Shown here: positions 28,220 to 37,934 of the stretch, piece by piece
Layout: each line of letters begins with the position of its first letter
How positions within the stretch are numbered: the first letter of the stretch is position 1
Assembly (NCBI GenBank): GCA_050730875.1
Contig: JBOHNX010000003.1
Span: 1-45,393 of the forward strand
Origin: Candidatus Saccharimonadales bacterium
GTDB taxonomy: Bacteria; Patescibacteriota; Saccharimonadia; Saccharimonadales; EFPC-124
DNA length: 45,393 bases
Direction of reading: 5' to 3'
The notes under the pieces: model-generated
Database searches by the model: none
What the model was told of the DNA's origin: nothing
The model's input: only the letters and a program-made list of their open reading frames with translations
Made by a program: the position numbers and the translations under genes

Positions 28220-29371
28220 TCAAAACCAGTCCGATAAATCTTCAACAGGTTCTTCGTGCTCTTTAATTCGTTCTAGATTTTCAATCGTAGATGAAAGCTT
28301 ATTGAGTAATTCTGAATATGTCCATATCTCTAGGGTGGAGCCAAGTGAGCGTACTAAATTTTCTCGATTCTGTTTCCAGCGTGCATCATCGCTATGTTTC
28401 CCAATTACAATAATGCACTTTCCTATATGAGCTTGCCCTTTAATTCCTAATTTCTCTAACTCTGCGTCACCTGCTGGCTTTGCTTCAAGGGTACTCTTAT
28501 ACTCTAGAATTTGAGGTACAGCACGTGCTAAATGTTTGTGAATCTGATAAGTGCTAGTAGGATTATTAATGCTGCTAGATTGAGTAACTTCAAATATATC
28601 ATCTGCTGGGCTTTTCAATTCAATAAGCACGTGATCAACGTATTTAGAGCCTACCCTAGTAAGAACATCGAATTTTTTCGAACTCACCGAACCTTCACGC
28701 TGGAAATCAATGTACTCTAGCCCAAAGATCATGCACCTTTGTTGCCTGTACTTGTGGCCGTCTTCATCGAGCCAATTTTGAACATCTGTTTCAGAAGCAT
28801 TTGTCTCGATAAATTCTTCAAGCTTTTCTTTATAACTTTTAAGTAGCCTGATTGTAGATTTAGTTCTTAATAGCTCTGAAACCTCAATTCCTAGTTCATC
28901 TGCCATTTTAATAATCTCATCATTATTAGATGCATTATTCATATATTCCTTTAGCTGATCAGCAGAAATAACATGGTATGAACCGTCAAAATCACCGAAA
29001 TCGATCGTTTCTTTGAACTTAAATAGAAACGCTACCATTCTCCAAAACTCCCGATAACCGTCAGCACCGTCTGAAAACGGTATTCTTCGACTACGTGAGC
29101 TCGCAGGAGCATTTACATCGTTAAACTGATCGTCAACCCTTCGAAAGATTAATCTAGGCTGGTACTTATTGTCAGTGCCTGATCGTTTGAACTCCGTGTC
29201 GCAGACGGTCAAATTATTTCCTTGTGGTGACTTTGCAAGAATAAAGCCTTTGTAAGTTTCACCCGTAGCGTTATTGACTAAGTTGCAATCAAAATGATCT
29301 TGCTGATTTATAGTCAGCGAATCAATATCATTCTCTGGAACTGTTAGGTCGAAGTATCCAGACGTATCCAC
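28220..29371 (-). CDS. Shedu-like (DUF4263) nuclease-domain protein
   Basis: 383 aa with a GTG start 2 nt after the upstream stop and GAGGAG upstream. The C-terminal block FDVLTRVGSKYVDHVLIELKSPADDIF...AVPQILEYKS...KCIIVIGK fits the SduA PD-(D/E)xK core pattern. Confidence 0.55.
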   Translation of the reverse strand: MDTSGYFDLTVPENDIDSLTINQQDHFDCNLVNNATGETYKGFILAKSPQGNNLTVCDTEFKRSGTDNKYQPRLIFRRVDDQFNDVNAPASSRSRRIPFSDGADGYREFWRMVAFLFKFKETIDFGDFDGSYHVISADQLKEYMNNASNNDEIIKMADELGIEVSELLRTKSTIRLLKSYKEKLEEFIETNASETDVQNWLDEDGHKYRQQRCMIFGLEYIDFQREGSVSSKKFDVLTRVGSKYVDHVLIELKSPADDIFEVTQSSSINNPTSTYQIHKHLARAVPQILEYKSTLEAKPAGDAELEKLGIKGQAHIGKCIIVIGKHSDDARWKQNRENLVRSLGSTLEIWTYSELLNKLSSTIENLERIKEHEEPVEDLSDWF

Positions 29372-29373
29372 GT

Positions 29374-31587
29374 CTACTCCTCGTCATCCGTAGTATTACC
29401 GCCGTAGATCTTAAGATCAACCTTAACACTATCGTGTGGGAGATTAAGTGCATCAACTACATTCAGAACAAGCTGACGCTTTGCATTTGTATTTGTACCC
29501 GTATCGATAAAGTAGCCAGTATTGTAAATTTCTCGACTCGAACCAAAAGCTGTGGCGTCAGTCTTAATATACTTAGAGAGCCACTCATCATTTGTGATTG
29601 TATCGACAAAACGATCAGGACTACTCTCGTAAATAGCCTCGATAATCAAGTCGACTGCATCTGCCCATGTAGAAACTGATTCTTTTTTGCCAAAGACTTC
29701 GACAGACTTAATACCCTTACCCTTGAGATCGATGTCGTCGAGTAGATAAACCGATGTGTCCTCCTCGATTGGCTGGAATGAGGTTATGGGTAGTGGCCAT
29801 ATACTATTTAGCTTGGTTAGCCACCATATCTGACGCTCCTTGAGTGTAGCCTCGTTCCACTCGTCCTTTTGCTTAATCCAGTCATTGATTGGCAGTGGAC
29901 TAGCATCGAATCCGACTGCAACACCCTTAACAACAAGTGTTTTCTTGTCTTTATCCTGAAAGCCATTAAAAGCACGATTGGAGTACTCTGAATTGTAGCC
30001 AGTCAAAGTTAGGTTTGCCAACGTGTGCAGATACTCGCTATGAATACGCTCGTAATCTTCGCCTAGCATATTCTTCCAGCTCTGACCGTATTCACCGCTG
30101 TTGATAGTCTGCGGCATGATGTGTTCGATAGTGGGCTGGAAACCGTCTTCAACCATACGACGCAATGTAGCTTTCGACTCTTTGTTCTTGGCATCGGTAG
30201 ATGCTAAAACATAGCACAAGATAGAGTTACCGTGTTGCTCATAAAATGGATAAGTACGTACAGCTAACTCGAAATCATCATTGTTTGGCATCTGGGTTTG
30301 CCCCGTTTGGGTCAAGAAGATGTACTTAAGGACTTCAACGTATTTAGCCTCTTTGTCACGTCGTAAATAATCAAGAGCTTGCTTATGAAGCGACGCCATA
30401 AAACGGTCCACGCTTGTAACGTAGTAATTGACGATTATACGACGAGAGAAATATGACTCAAGTAGCTTGAACACTGTTACTAACTCATCGTCTGTGAGCT
30501 GTCCGTCTGCATGATAGCCAAGTGCTGACATTGCAAATGGAATATAAATATCGACTCTCATGTAGCGTAGTCTGAAAATTGTTTCAGCTATTCCTGCATA
30601 CTGACCAAACTCAGCACTGTTTTTTACCTTACTTGTATCTGCCAACTTCAAAAGTTCATAGAACTTTAGCGATCGCTTAATGTCGCTATAGAACTTATCA
30701 ACCAGCTCTTTCTCCTGTTCATCTCCAACATGTCTACCGAATTGCTTCTTAAACTCTGGATACACTTCAGGTAATTTAATATTCGACTGTTTCTTTGAGA
30801 TAAGGTAGTAACGGAAGAAGTCAGTAATGGGGTCTTTGTCAGTGGCATATAAAGTACGTTCTATAGGTCGCCAGTATTCGTTATAAACGTGATTACGTAA
30901 TTCATCGCCGTTCAGCATAAGGGCGAAATTACGAATCTTATCACCAGCCTCAAGCGGTTTGCCCGTAGAATTAATACTTTCGAAAACACGCTGTGGATTG
31001 TCATCGTTTGCTACCAACGTTAATACAGCAATCTCAAAGTTCTCAAGGCCGTTGATGTATTTGTCTAGCCCAGTCTTATCTGCAAAATACTCACGGAACT
31101 TAGAGTAAACAATATAAACATTATTCTGGTGGTCTTTTTCGAGCTGTGAAGCCTCACCTTTGGCATCAAAAATATGCTGCAATACTTCGTTATCGGTTGT
31201 AACAGTACGTAGCTTTACACGATTATTGTCCATGTCTTTGTTGATTAAGTACTGGTACTCAATCTTTTCAACCGTAGTATCTGGGTCTTCTATCAGTGCT
31301 GGATTCTTCTTAGCGAGGTGGTATATAGCAGAAATCATCAACAAAGAAGTGGTGACACGCTGTTGACCGTCAATAATAGCTCTTGAATAGGCTTTTCCAG
31401 TGTCCTTAACCTGAACGACAGTGCCAAAATAGTGGTTCTTCCCCTTAGCGACACACTCTTCGAGATCACTTAGAAACTCTTCGACATTCGATGTTTGCCA
31501 TGAGTAGGGTCGCTGAAATTCGGGAATTTCGAAGAACATTCCAGGAGTATAAAGAAATTCCTTCATATTACTTTGGGCAAAAATCAT
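29374..31587 (-). CDS. DUF262-DUF1524 (GmrSD/BrxU-like) type IV restriction enzyme candidate
   Basis: 737 aa. IPEFQRPYSW and IIDGQQR are the DUF262 ParB-like NTPase motifs. TIEHIMPQT...HTLANLTL is a DUF1524 His-Me finger. ATGA overlap with the upstream gene. Confidence 0.75.
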   Translation of the reverse strand: MIFAQSNMKEFLYTPGMFFEIPEFQRPYSWQTSNVEEFLSDLEECVAKGKNHYFGTVVQVKDTGKAYSRAIIDGQQRVTTSLLMISAIYHLAKKNPALIEDPDTTVEKIEYQYLINKDMDNNRVKLRTVTTDNEVLQHIFDAKGEASQLEKDHQNNVYIVYSKFREYFADKTGLDKYINGLENFEIAVLTLVANDDNPQRVFESINSTGKPLEAGDKIRNFALMLNGDELRNHVYNEYWRPIERTLYATDKDPITDFFRYYLISKKQSNIKLPEVYPEFKKQFGRHVGDEQEKELVDKFYSDIKRSLKFYELLKLADTSKVKNSAEFGQYAGIAETIFRLRYMRVDIYIPFAMSALGYHADGQLTDDELVTVFKLLESYFSRRIIVNYYVTSVDRFMASLHKQALDYLRRDKEAKYVEVLKYIFLTQTGQTQMPNNDDFELAVRTYPFYEQHGNSILCYVLASTDAKNKESKATLRRMVEDGFQPTIEHIMPQTINSGEYGQSWKNMLGEDYERIHSEYLHTLANLTLTGYNSEYSNRAFNGFQDKDKKTLVVKGVAVGFDASPLPINDWIKQKDEWNEATLKERQIWWLTKLNSIWPLPITSFQPIEEDTSVYLLDDIDLKGKGIKSVEVFGKKESVSTWADAVDLIIEAIYESSPDRFVDTITNDEWLSKYIKTDATAFGSSREIYNTGYFIDTGTNTNAKRQLVLNVVDALNLPHDSVKVDLKIYGGNTTDDEE

Positions 31588-32750
31588 GATTCCTCCTTCT
31601 TATTCGCTACGATCTGCTGTAAATCTTTGCTGTAGTGGTAATCGACAATATCACCGTTCTGAAGCATATTAACCGCCTGTTCGATAGCTAGTAACGGTAC
31701 TGAATACCATTCACTAGGAACGTACTCTCGCCCATCAGGTCCAATAATTGTCAGGTCTACTTTTGCATCTGAAAATATACGATGAATGAAGTGTTCGACT
31801 TTCTGAGGGTTATAGTCACCTGTCAGCACATAACTATCTACTACTTCAACACCTGCCATGAGGTACGTAGGGTCTTTCTCAGCGTCTTTAATGCGGTCTA
31901 CGATGGTTGTTGAGGTAAAGCCAATCTTGTGTAGATCTTTCACGTTCTGAACGGCAGGATCAGCACTCTGTGATCTCAGAATGTATATATAGCCCTTAAT
32001 CTCGTCTTCATCCGTCAGTCTTTTATAAACACTGTCTTCGTGAGCTGGCACAACTGCATAGCCATCTTCATAGAGACGCATTGATAACGAGCGTCGGTAC
32101 ATATTCGATTCTGAACCGTTCTCGTAGATCACTCGAAAACGCTCTTTATTGCGGTCGTATACCCTCTTTTTATCAGTTGCATCTACGATACGCACCATCT
32201 GACCTGCATGAACGTAGTATTTGCCTAGATGAAGTTGTTCAACTGAGACATAACGCTGTAACTTCAATTTACCTTCGCCTAGCAGTCGCTGTTGCTCCTC
32301 AAAACCACTTTTGAAAGAGTCAAAGTCTTCAGCTCGTTTGCGTTCTGCACGTTCTTTTACTGGACGAGGCTTTGAAAGAGCTTCTTTCACCTTAAATATC
32401 TGATCACCAGTGCTACTAAATAAACCGAATGCATCACTTTCAAACAATTCATCAACAGACTTCGGTGCTTCAGGTACTTCTAATAATCCCAATTCATCTA
32501 TCAGTGTCAGTGCTTCAGCTTTGGTCTTATCGGTCCGAATAGAATTCAAGCGAGCCGCTAAAGAAGCTTCGCTAATATCGTTTGATTCAATTTCTGGTAA
32601 ACGATCATTAATCTTAACAAAGTCAGTAATCTGCTGAAATGAAGCAGCCAAACGATCGTCAGCAGTGACAGGAGCTTGTTTCTTCGTCGGAACAAACATG
32701 TGTCCATCACCAGACTCAAACAGCTTTACTAGATCGTCTGATAGGTCCAT
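31584..32750 (-). CDS. GIY-YIG superfamily (T5orf172/MUG113-type) nuclease-domain protein
   Basis: 388 aa. The C-terminal block is KGYIYILRS...LHKIGFTSTTIVDRI...EHFIHRIF...EWYSV. The start shares one nt with the helicase stop (TAATG). Confidence 0.6.
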   Translation of the reverse strand: MDLSDDLVKLFESGDGHMFVPTKKQAPVTADDRLAASFQQITDFVKINDRLPEIESNDISEASLAARLNSIRTDKTKAEALTLIDELGLLEVPEAPKSVDELFESDAFGLFSSTGDQIFKVKEALSKPRPVKERAERKRAEDFDSFKSGFEEQQRLLGEGKLKLQRYVSVEQLHLGKYYVHAGQMVRIVDATDKKRVYDRNKERFRVIYENGSESNMYRRSLSMRLYEDGYAVVPAHEDSVYKRLTDEDEIKGYIYILRSQSADPAVQNVKDLHKIGFTSTTIVDRIKDAEKDPTYLMAGVEVVDSYVLTGDYNPQKVEHFIHRIFSDAKVDLTIIGPDGREYVPSEWYSVPLLAIEQAVNMLQNGDIVDYHYSKDLQQIVANKKEES

Positions 32751-34726
32751 TACTTATTTGTCTCCGTTGCTTTGGTCTGTTGCCATTTAGCATAACGAGC
32801 CGTTAGATATGCCTGTGCTTGAGCTAGGAGCTTTTCATTCTTATCAGTTGCATTTAATGCAGGATATTTACCATTATGAGCTACTACAAATGCTTTGATG
32901 TGCGGAACTAGAGCTAGTGCATCTTCATCGCTCATGTCGATACGTGAACCTGCGATTGTATCTTGTATGACACGGAACACGTCTGTACCGACTTTCTTAG
33001 ATATGACCTCAAATGCATGTTGGAACGGGTTAATTGAGTCAATGAGGTCAATGCTCAACTCGTCGAGATTAACAAAGCTGTTCGCCATCGTAATGAATTT
33101 CTTATTACCGTCTTCTGTAATTTTTGCAGTCTTAAATGCAAGGTTGCTTGCAAGGTACTGTCGAGTTACTTCAACTTCTTCATCACTCAATCCAGGCAAC
33201 TTTTCACGAATAATCTTTGATTGTAGGTGCTTCATATACTCACCCGTATGACCATTAGCGGCCGCACGTTGCACTTGTGTGTCTTGCAGAACAGCAGCGG
33301 TCAGATCTTCAAGTTCTGTAGCTAGAATATGCTTCACACGCTCTGTAGGTGGTTTCTTTAGACCTTTTACAAAGACCTCACCTGCTTTTGCTTTTTGGTC
33401 TGGTGAAGTACGAGGTGTAAACGTAAAGTTCGGTGCAAGTACCTGCTCCATAAGCAATGACGCAGTAATCGCTTTGAGCATGTTATTCACTGAAATTTGT
33501 ATGTCATCACTCGTACCGTTAGGCATAACTATAAGGTTCGTAAACTGTGCATGAGTCTTGTTATAACTATCTCTCGTACAACGTCCAATAATCTGAACTA
33601 TTTCGGTCAGACTTGCCCGATACCCAATCGTAAGAGCTTGTTCACACCACGGCCAGTCAAAGCCTTCTTTAGCCATTCCTAACGCTACGATAATATCTAC
33701 ACCGTCAATATCTTCACGGGCAACTTCACTGAGGTATTTTGTAATTTTCGCACGATGCGTTGGGTCGTCATCGACTAGGTTAGCCACTTTACGAGTCACA
33801 CCATCTTTGTCGATTACAAGCTCAAGACCTGTTTCGCTGTCTTGTGAATCCCATTCGCCTATAATGTCGTAAACCTTTTGAACTTCTTCATGCTTTCCAA
33901 CTTGTGTCGCTTCTTTTGAATTCACATTAGGTATATGAATAATCGTCTTTTTAGTCGTATCAAGCACTGCATCAAGTGCACCATCGTCTAAGTAACTTCC
34001 CTGATAAAAGTGATAACCGATTCCAAGCGTTTCTAGGTAGGTGTAGCCATTAAGCTGTTCATAGTAGGTATACGTGACCTTATCGAATTCTGCTTCATCT
34101 TCTGGTGTCAGAATCGGTACTGCATCGCCACGAAAGTATGAGCCAGTCATCGCAATAATCTGTACGTTCGAATTACGCATAACGTTATGCAATAGATCAC
34201 CTAGACGGCTATTCTCACTCACTGAGACATGATGAAATTCGTCGATAGCTAAAACTGAATCATTAAATGATTCAACATCTAGGTCCTCTGATTCAAAAGC
34301 AAAACGAAGTGTCGCATGAGTACAAACAAGTATCTTGTCTTCGCCATTCATAAAGCGAATGAACGCCTTTACCTTACTTTTATCATCACCTGTCCCTAAA
34401 CAAAGGTTGTTGCGATCTTCGACATCCCAATCAGAGAAGAAGCCCCCTTCACTGAGCGGTACATTTGAGAACGACGAACCAATAGATTTTTCAGGTACGG
34501 CGACAATGACTTTTTTCTTGCCCTGATTCATAAGCTTGTCTAGACCGATATACATTAGTGCTCGTGACTTACCAGATGCTGGCGGTGCTTTAATCAGCAA
34601 GTGATTACTGCTTCTCTTCTCGAATGCCCGACGCTGCATCTCACGCATACCCATTTCATCTGTCTTAGTAGACGCACCAGTCTTATCGTATTTAACGTCG
34701 ATGATATTCAATGTTTCTTCGTTCAT
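32750..34726 (-). CDS. SF2 DExH helicase (type III Res-like ATPase)
   Basis: 658 aa. Walker A PPASGKSRA, motif II AIDEFHH, motif III MTGS and motif VI QIIGRCTRD. ATGA overlap with the MTase stop. Confidence 0.8.
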   Translation of the reverse strand: MNEETLNIIDVKYDKTGASTKTDEMGMREMQRRAFEKRSSNHLLIKAPPASGKSRALMYIGLDKLMNQGKKKVIVAVPEKSIGSSFSNVPLSEGGFFSDWDVEDRNNLCLGTGDDKSKVKAFIRFMNGEDKILVCTHATLRFAFESEDLDVESFNDSVLAIDEFHHVSVSENSRLGDLLHNVMRNSNVQIIAMTGSYFRGDAVPILTPEDEAEFDKVTYTYYEQLNGYTYLETLGIGYHFYQGSYLDDGALDAVLDTTKKTIIHIPNVNSKEATQVGKHEEVQKVYDIIGEWDSQDSETGLELVIDKDGVTRKVANLVDDDPTHRAKITKYLSEVAREDIDGVDIIVALGMAKEGFDWPWCEQALTIGYRASLTEIVQIIGRCTRDSYNKTHAQFTNLIVMPNGTSDDIQISVNNMLKAITASLLMEQVLAPNFTFTPRTSPDQKAKAGEVFVKGLKKPPTERVKHILATELEDLTAAVLQDTQVQRAAANGHTGEYMKHLQSKIIREKLPGLSDEEVEVTRQYLASNLAFKTAKITEDGNKKFITMANSFVNLDELSIDLIDSINPFQHAFEVISKKVGTDVFRVIQDTIAGSRIDMSDEDALALVPHIKAFVVAHNGKYPALNATDKNEKLLAQAQAYLTARYAKWQQTKATETNK

Positions 34727-37539
34727 TTTGTTTTCTCCCTTTCAGTCATTTGCTCGTACAGTGTGAATAGATCTGCAAGTCGCTCTTCATCTGTATTATA
34801 AGGCTTAGAGCGGTACAATTTGTCTACTACAAGATCTAATTCATGGTGAGCTTGGCGTAAATCTTCTGGCATCTTATCGGGATCGTACATTTCAGAGAGT
34901 GTTTTACCAGTATGATTCTGTCGAGTAAATATTACGTTACGAGCTTTCGACGCAACTTCCTTCTCTTCATGCTCCAATAATGGGCGAAGTGGAAACGTAT
35001 TGTATACAAGTGAAGAAGAGTACCTATAATCAGTCTTCAATTTGCCTGATACTGATCTCATCCAAACCATATGCATCCGTGAGCTAATGATTCCAAATAC
35101 ATGTAGAGGGGCTGAGGATAATACAAAAGAGGCGTTATTTACTACCGTCTCTGGCTCGATGTAGCCTATCGGAACGTATTCTCTACGCTCCGATGAAGTC
35201 GATGGAACGATAATCGAATTGTCGGGAGGCATAACAAATTCACGAAACTGATAGGGCTTATTGGCCATGTCTTGAGCACCTTTGTCTTTGCGTCCTAAAC
35301 GGAATTCACGAACTGCATCTACTCGTTCTCTGACGAACTCATATTTGTAAGCCTCTTCGAATTCAGCATCTGAAATCCATAAGCACCATCGAGATTTCTG
35401 ACTTAGGTAATCTTGTCCACTTACAAATTGCTTAATAAATCTATCTAGTCCTGAGTGTTGAGCAACGGCTTTCTGCATAGTGTCTGTGTCAAATATGAGA
35501 TGACCGCCATCTACTGGCTTGCATCCGTATCCCATTCGTGGAATGTGAGATAGAGGCTTAGTACGCTTTATGACTATGGTGTCACTTCCCTCGCTCAAGT
35601 ATGCATTGATGTTGTCTACTTCAGCACGAACCCCGTGATTATATATATACTTCGTTGCCTTCATAGGTGTTCTCAGCCCAATAATTGCTACTGTAACGCC
35701 CGCAACATTACGAGCACCATTTGTCCATTTGAATGAAGTATGTGCAAAACCGATCTCAACATCTTTTTCAAATATATAAGGCCATAGCAATGCTACTTGC
35801 TCACCCTGACAAATTGAATTAGTAGTTACGAACGCTAACTGAGCCTTTGTACCACTTATGTAATCAGCACCTAACTTAAACCACGGAGCGATAAAATCGA
35901 GATTCTTATAATTGCTGAAGTTCTTAAATACACGTGTCATCCCCGCTTTTTGCTTTTGGTCCTGAAGGCTTGAACCTAAGTATGGTGGATTGCCTATCAA
36001 GTAAATCTCATCCCAAGTCTCTTTTTCTAGCTCAAGCTCAAGAGGTTCATCGTCAAAATCTATTAATGCACTCTGTTCTGGTCCTGTCTTAACACCAGAT
36101 TTGTGTGGCACATTCGGGCACACGTCTTTCCAGTCTAGTATCGTCGAATCACCATGAATAATGCTCGCATTATCTTTAAGTGGAATGAGCTTAATCTCTC
36201 TACCAAACTGCTGTTCGAAGTCGATGTTCATTTGATGCTTAGCAAGGTATAGCGAAAGAATTGCTATCTCATGTGGGAAGTCATCTATTTCGATACCGTA
36301 GAAGTTATCTAGCTTAATTCGAGATTCAAGCTTACCTGCTAATTGTTGACGTTTATGCTCGTCACCGTAGACTCGCTCTATGATAGCGTGTTCGATTTTA
36401 CGAAGCTCTTTATAGGCGATAATCAAAAAGTTACCACTGCCACAAGCAGGGTCAAAAATTCTGATCTTGCTGATTCTATCCCAAATTCTTAGAAGTCTCT
36501 GGTCATTGTCATAATACTTATCAAACTCTTCACGTAGCTGATCAAGAAAGAGCGGTTCAATAGTCTTCATGATGTTCGGAACACTCGTATAGTGCTGTCC
36601 GTGACTGCTTCGCTGCTCTTCATCAACAATGCTTTGAAACATAGAACCGAAGATGTCAGGATTGATCTCTGCCCAATTCTGATTACCACAGTCAAGAATG
36701 AGCTTACGTGCTTGAGCGTTAAATTTAGGGATACCAATGCCGTGCTTTTTGGTGTCAAAGATCGTACCGTTGACATATGGGAACTTACTAAACGGACTCG
36801 TAAACCCTGCCTTGTTTTCAGTATCGAGTGCATCAAACAGAGTTATCAAGAAACTGTCTAAATCACTGCCATCGGTTTGGGTGTAATCTTTGATAGCATT
36901 CGTGAACATCGTTTGTTCATCACGACTGAATACTCTGGTGTCTTCTGCGAAGAAACAAAACAATAAACGACTAAAAAATACGTTCAAGTCATGTCTGAAA
37001 TTGCTGTGTGGGTCAGTTAGTTTCGCACGATTGACCTTCTCGATCTCAGCATACAAATCTTTCATCTTATCAGCAGCACGACGATCAGCTACAGCTTCAG
37101 TCTTCTCGTCAGTGATTTCATCGCCTGTCCAACCGTAGAAAAAGTCTACATCACGATCAATGTCACGCAAATTAATATCAAGACGACTGTTCTTTTTTGT
37201 ATCTACAGCTACTAGACGTTCGTAGTCTGAAACAATCAGGTATCTAGGGTTATAGCGAACGACTAACGGGTCTACCGCCAATTCTTCAGCAGTAGAGTGC
37301 AGCTTATTAGCATCAGCTACATGCTTGAAGTAGACTACTCCCCTTTGTAATATTTCATTATCTTTATCTTCAGCAAGATTCAATGATCCTTCACGAAGCT
37401 TTGTGATGGCAGATCGTGCCCGACCGTATGCAGCTAATAGCTCGTAAACGAAGTCGATGTTGTATGTTTCACGGTTGGCAATTTCAGCCACATTATTCTG
37501 TGCTTCTGCAAATGTAAGTCTAGCCATTTTGTTTGCCAA
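34723..37539 (-). CDS. MmeI/PglX-like gamma-class N6-adenine DNA methyltransferase with TRD; N-terminal nuclease motif apparently degenerate
   Basis: 938 aa. Motif I FDPACGSGNFLI and motif IV GNPPYLGS. The N-terminal PRYLIVSDYERLVAVD aligns by eye with MmeI PRYVLVCDFQRFRLTD. Where MmeI has D...EMK, this protein reads VVYFKHV. Confidence 0.75.
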   Translation of the reverse strand: MANKMARLTFAEAQNNVAEIANRETYNIDFVYELLAAYGRARSAITKLREGSLNLAEDKDNEILQRGVVYFKHVADANKLHSTAEELAVDPLVVRYNPRYLIVSDYERLVAVDTKKNSRLDINLRDIDRDVDFFYGWTGDEITDEKTEAVADRRAADKMKDLYAEIEKVNRAKLTDPHSNFRHDLNVFFSRLLFCFFAEDTRVFSRDEQTMFTNAIKDYTQTDGSDLDSFLITLFDALDTENKAGFTSPFSKFPYVNGTIFDTKKHGIGIPKFNAQARKLILDCGNQNWAEINPDIFGSMFQSIVDEEQRSSHGQHYTSVPNIMKTIEPLFLDQLREEFDKYYDNDQRLLRIWDRISKIRIFDPACGSGNFLIIAYKELRKIEHAIIERVYGDEHKRQQLAGKLESRIKLDNFYGIEIDDFPHEIAILSLYLAKHQMNIDFEQQFGREIKLIPLKDNASIIHGDSTILDWKDVCPNVPHKSGVKTGPEQSALIDFDDEPLELELEKETWDEIYLIGNPPYLGSSLQDQKQKAGMTRVFKNFSNYKNLDFIAPWFKLGADYISGTKAQLAFVTTNSICQGEQVALLWPYIFEKDVEIGFAHTSFKWTNGARNVAGVTVAIIGLRTPMKATKYIYNHGVRAEVDNINAYLSEGSDTIVIKRTKPLSHIPRMGYGCKPVDGGHLIFDTDTMQKAVAQHSGLDRFIKQFVSGQDYLSQKSRWCLWISDAEFEEAYKYEFVRERVDAVREFRLGRKDKGAQDMANKPYQFREFVMPPDNSIIVPSTSSERREYVPIGYIEPETVVNNASFVLSSAPLHVFGIISSRMHMVWMRSVSGKLKTDYRYSSSLVYNTFPLRPLLEHEEKEVASKARNVIFTRQNHTGKTLSEMYDPDKMPEDLRQAHHELDLVVDKLYRSKPYNTDEERLADLFTLYEQMTEREKTK

Positions 37540-37812
37540 ATTTTAATAACATATTATGCAATATTGTACCCTAAAAATACCCCTGTAGATAGGTGTAAAT
37601 TCTTGATCTTAATTACACAGCTATTAAGCAGCAATAATTAAGCCCCCTTCCTCCCGTATTCTCCCTGCTTCCTAGCGTCTTTTACGGTTCAAATGAGAAA
37701 TATACCGTCTCTAGCTTTGGGTTATCTCCTACGACCCCTCAGTGCGTCATCGGTAAACCAAAACCCGTTCATCTTTTGCTTATCAAAAACACTGTGCAAG
37801 GCTGCGGAAATT

Positions 37813-37849
37813 TTTTGGCCAGATTTTCGACCTCTCAACGTCTTTTTCC
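37813..37849 (+). repeat. direct repeat copy 1 (37 nt)
   Basis: TTTTGGCCAGATTTTCGACC is identical to 38511-38530. The following 17 nt match with small indels. Confidence 0.8.
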
Positions 37850-37934
37850 GTTACCTACTTGAGCTATTGCGACAAGACCGCCATATATGCGACGTACAAT
37901 GCCATAAATTAGGCATAGTGTATAATAAGAAGTG

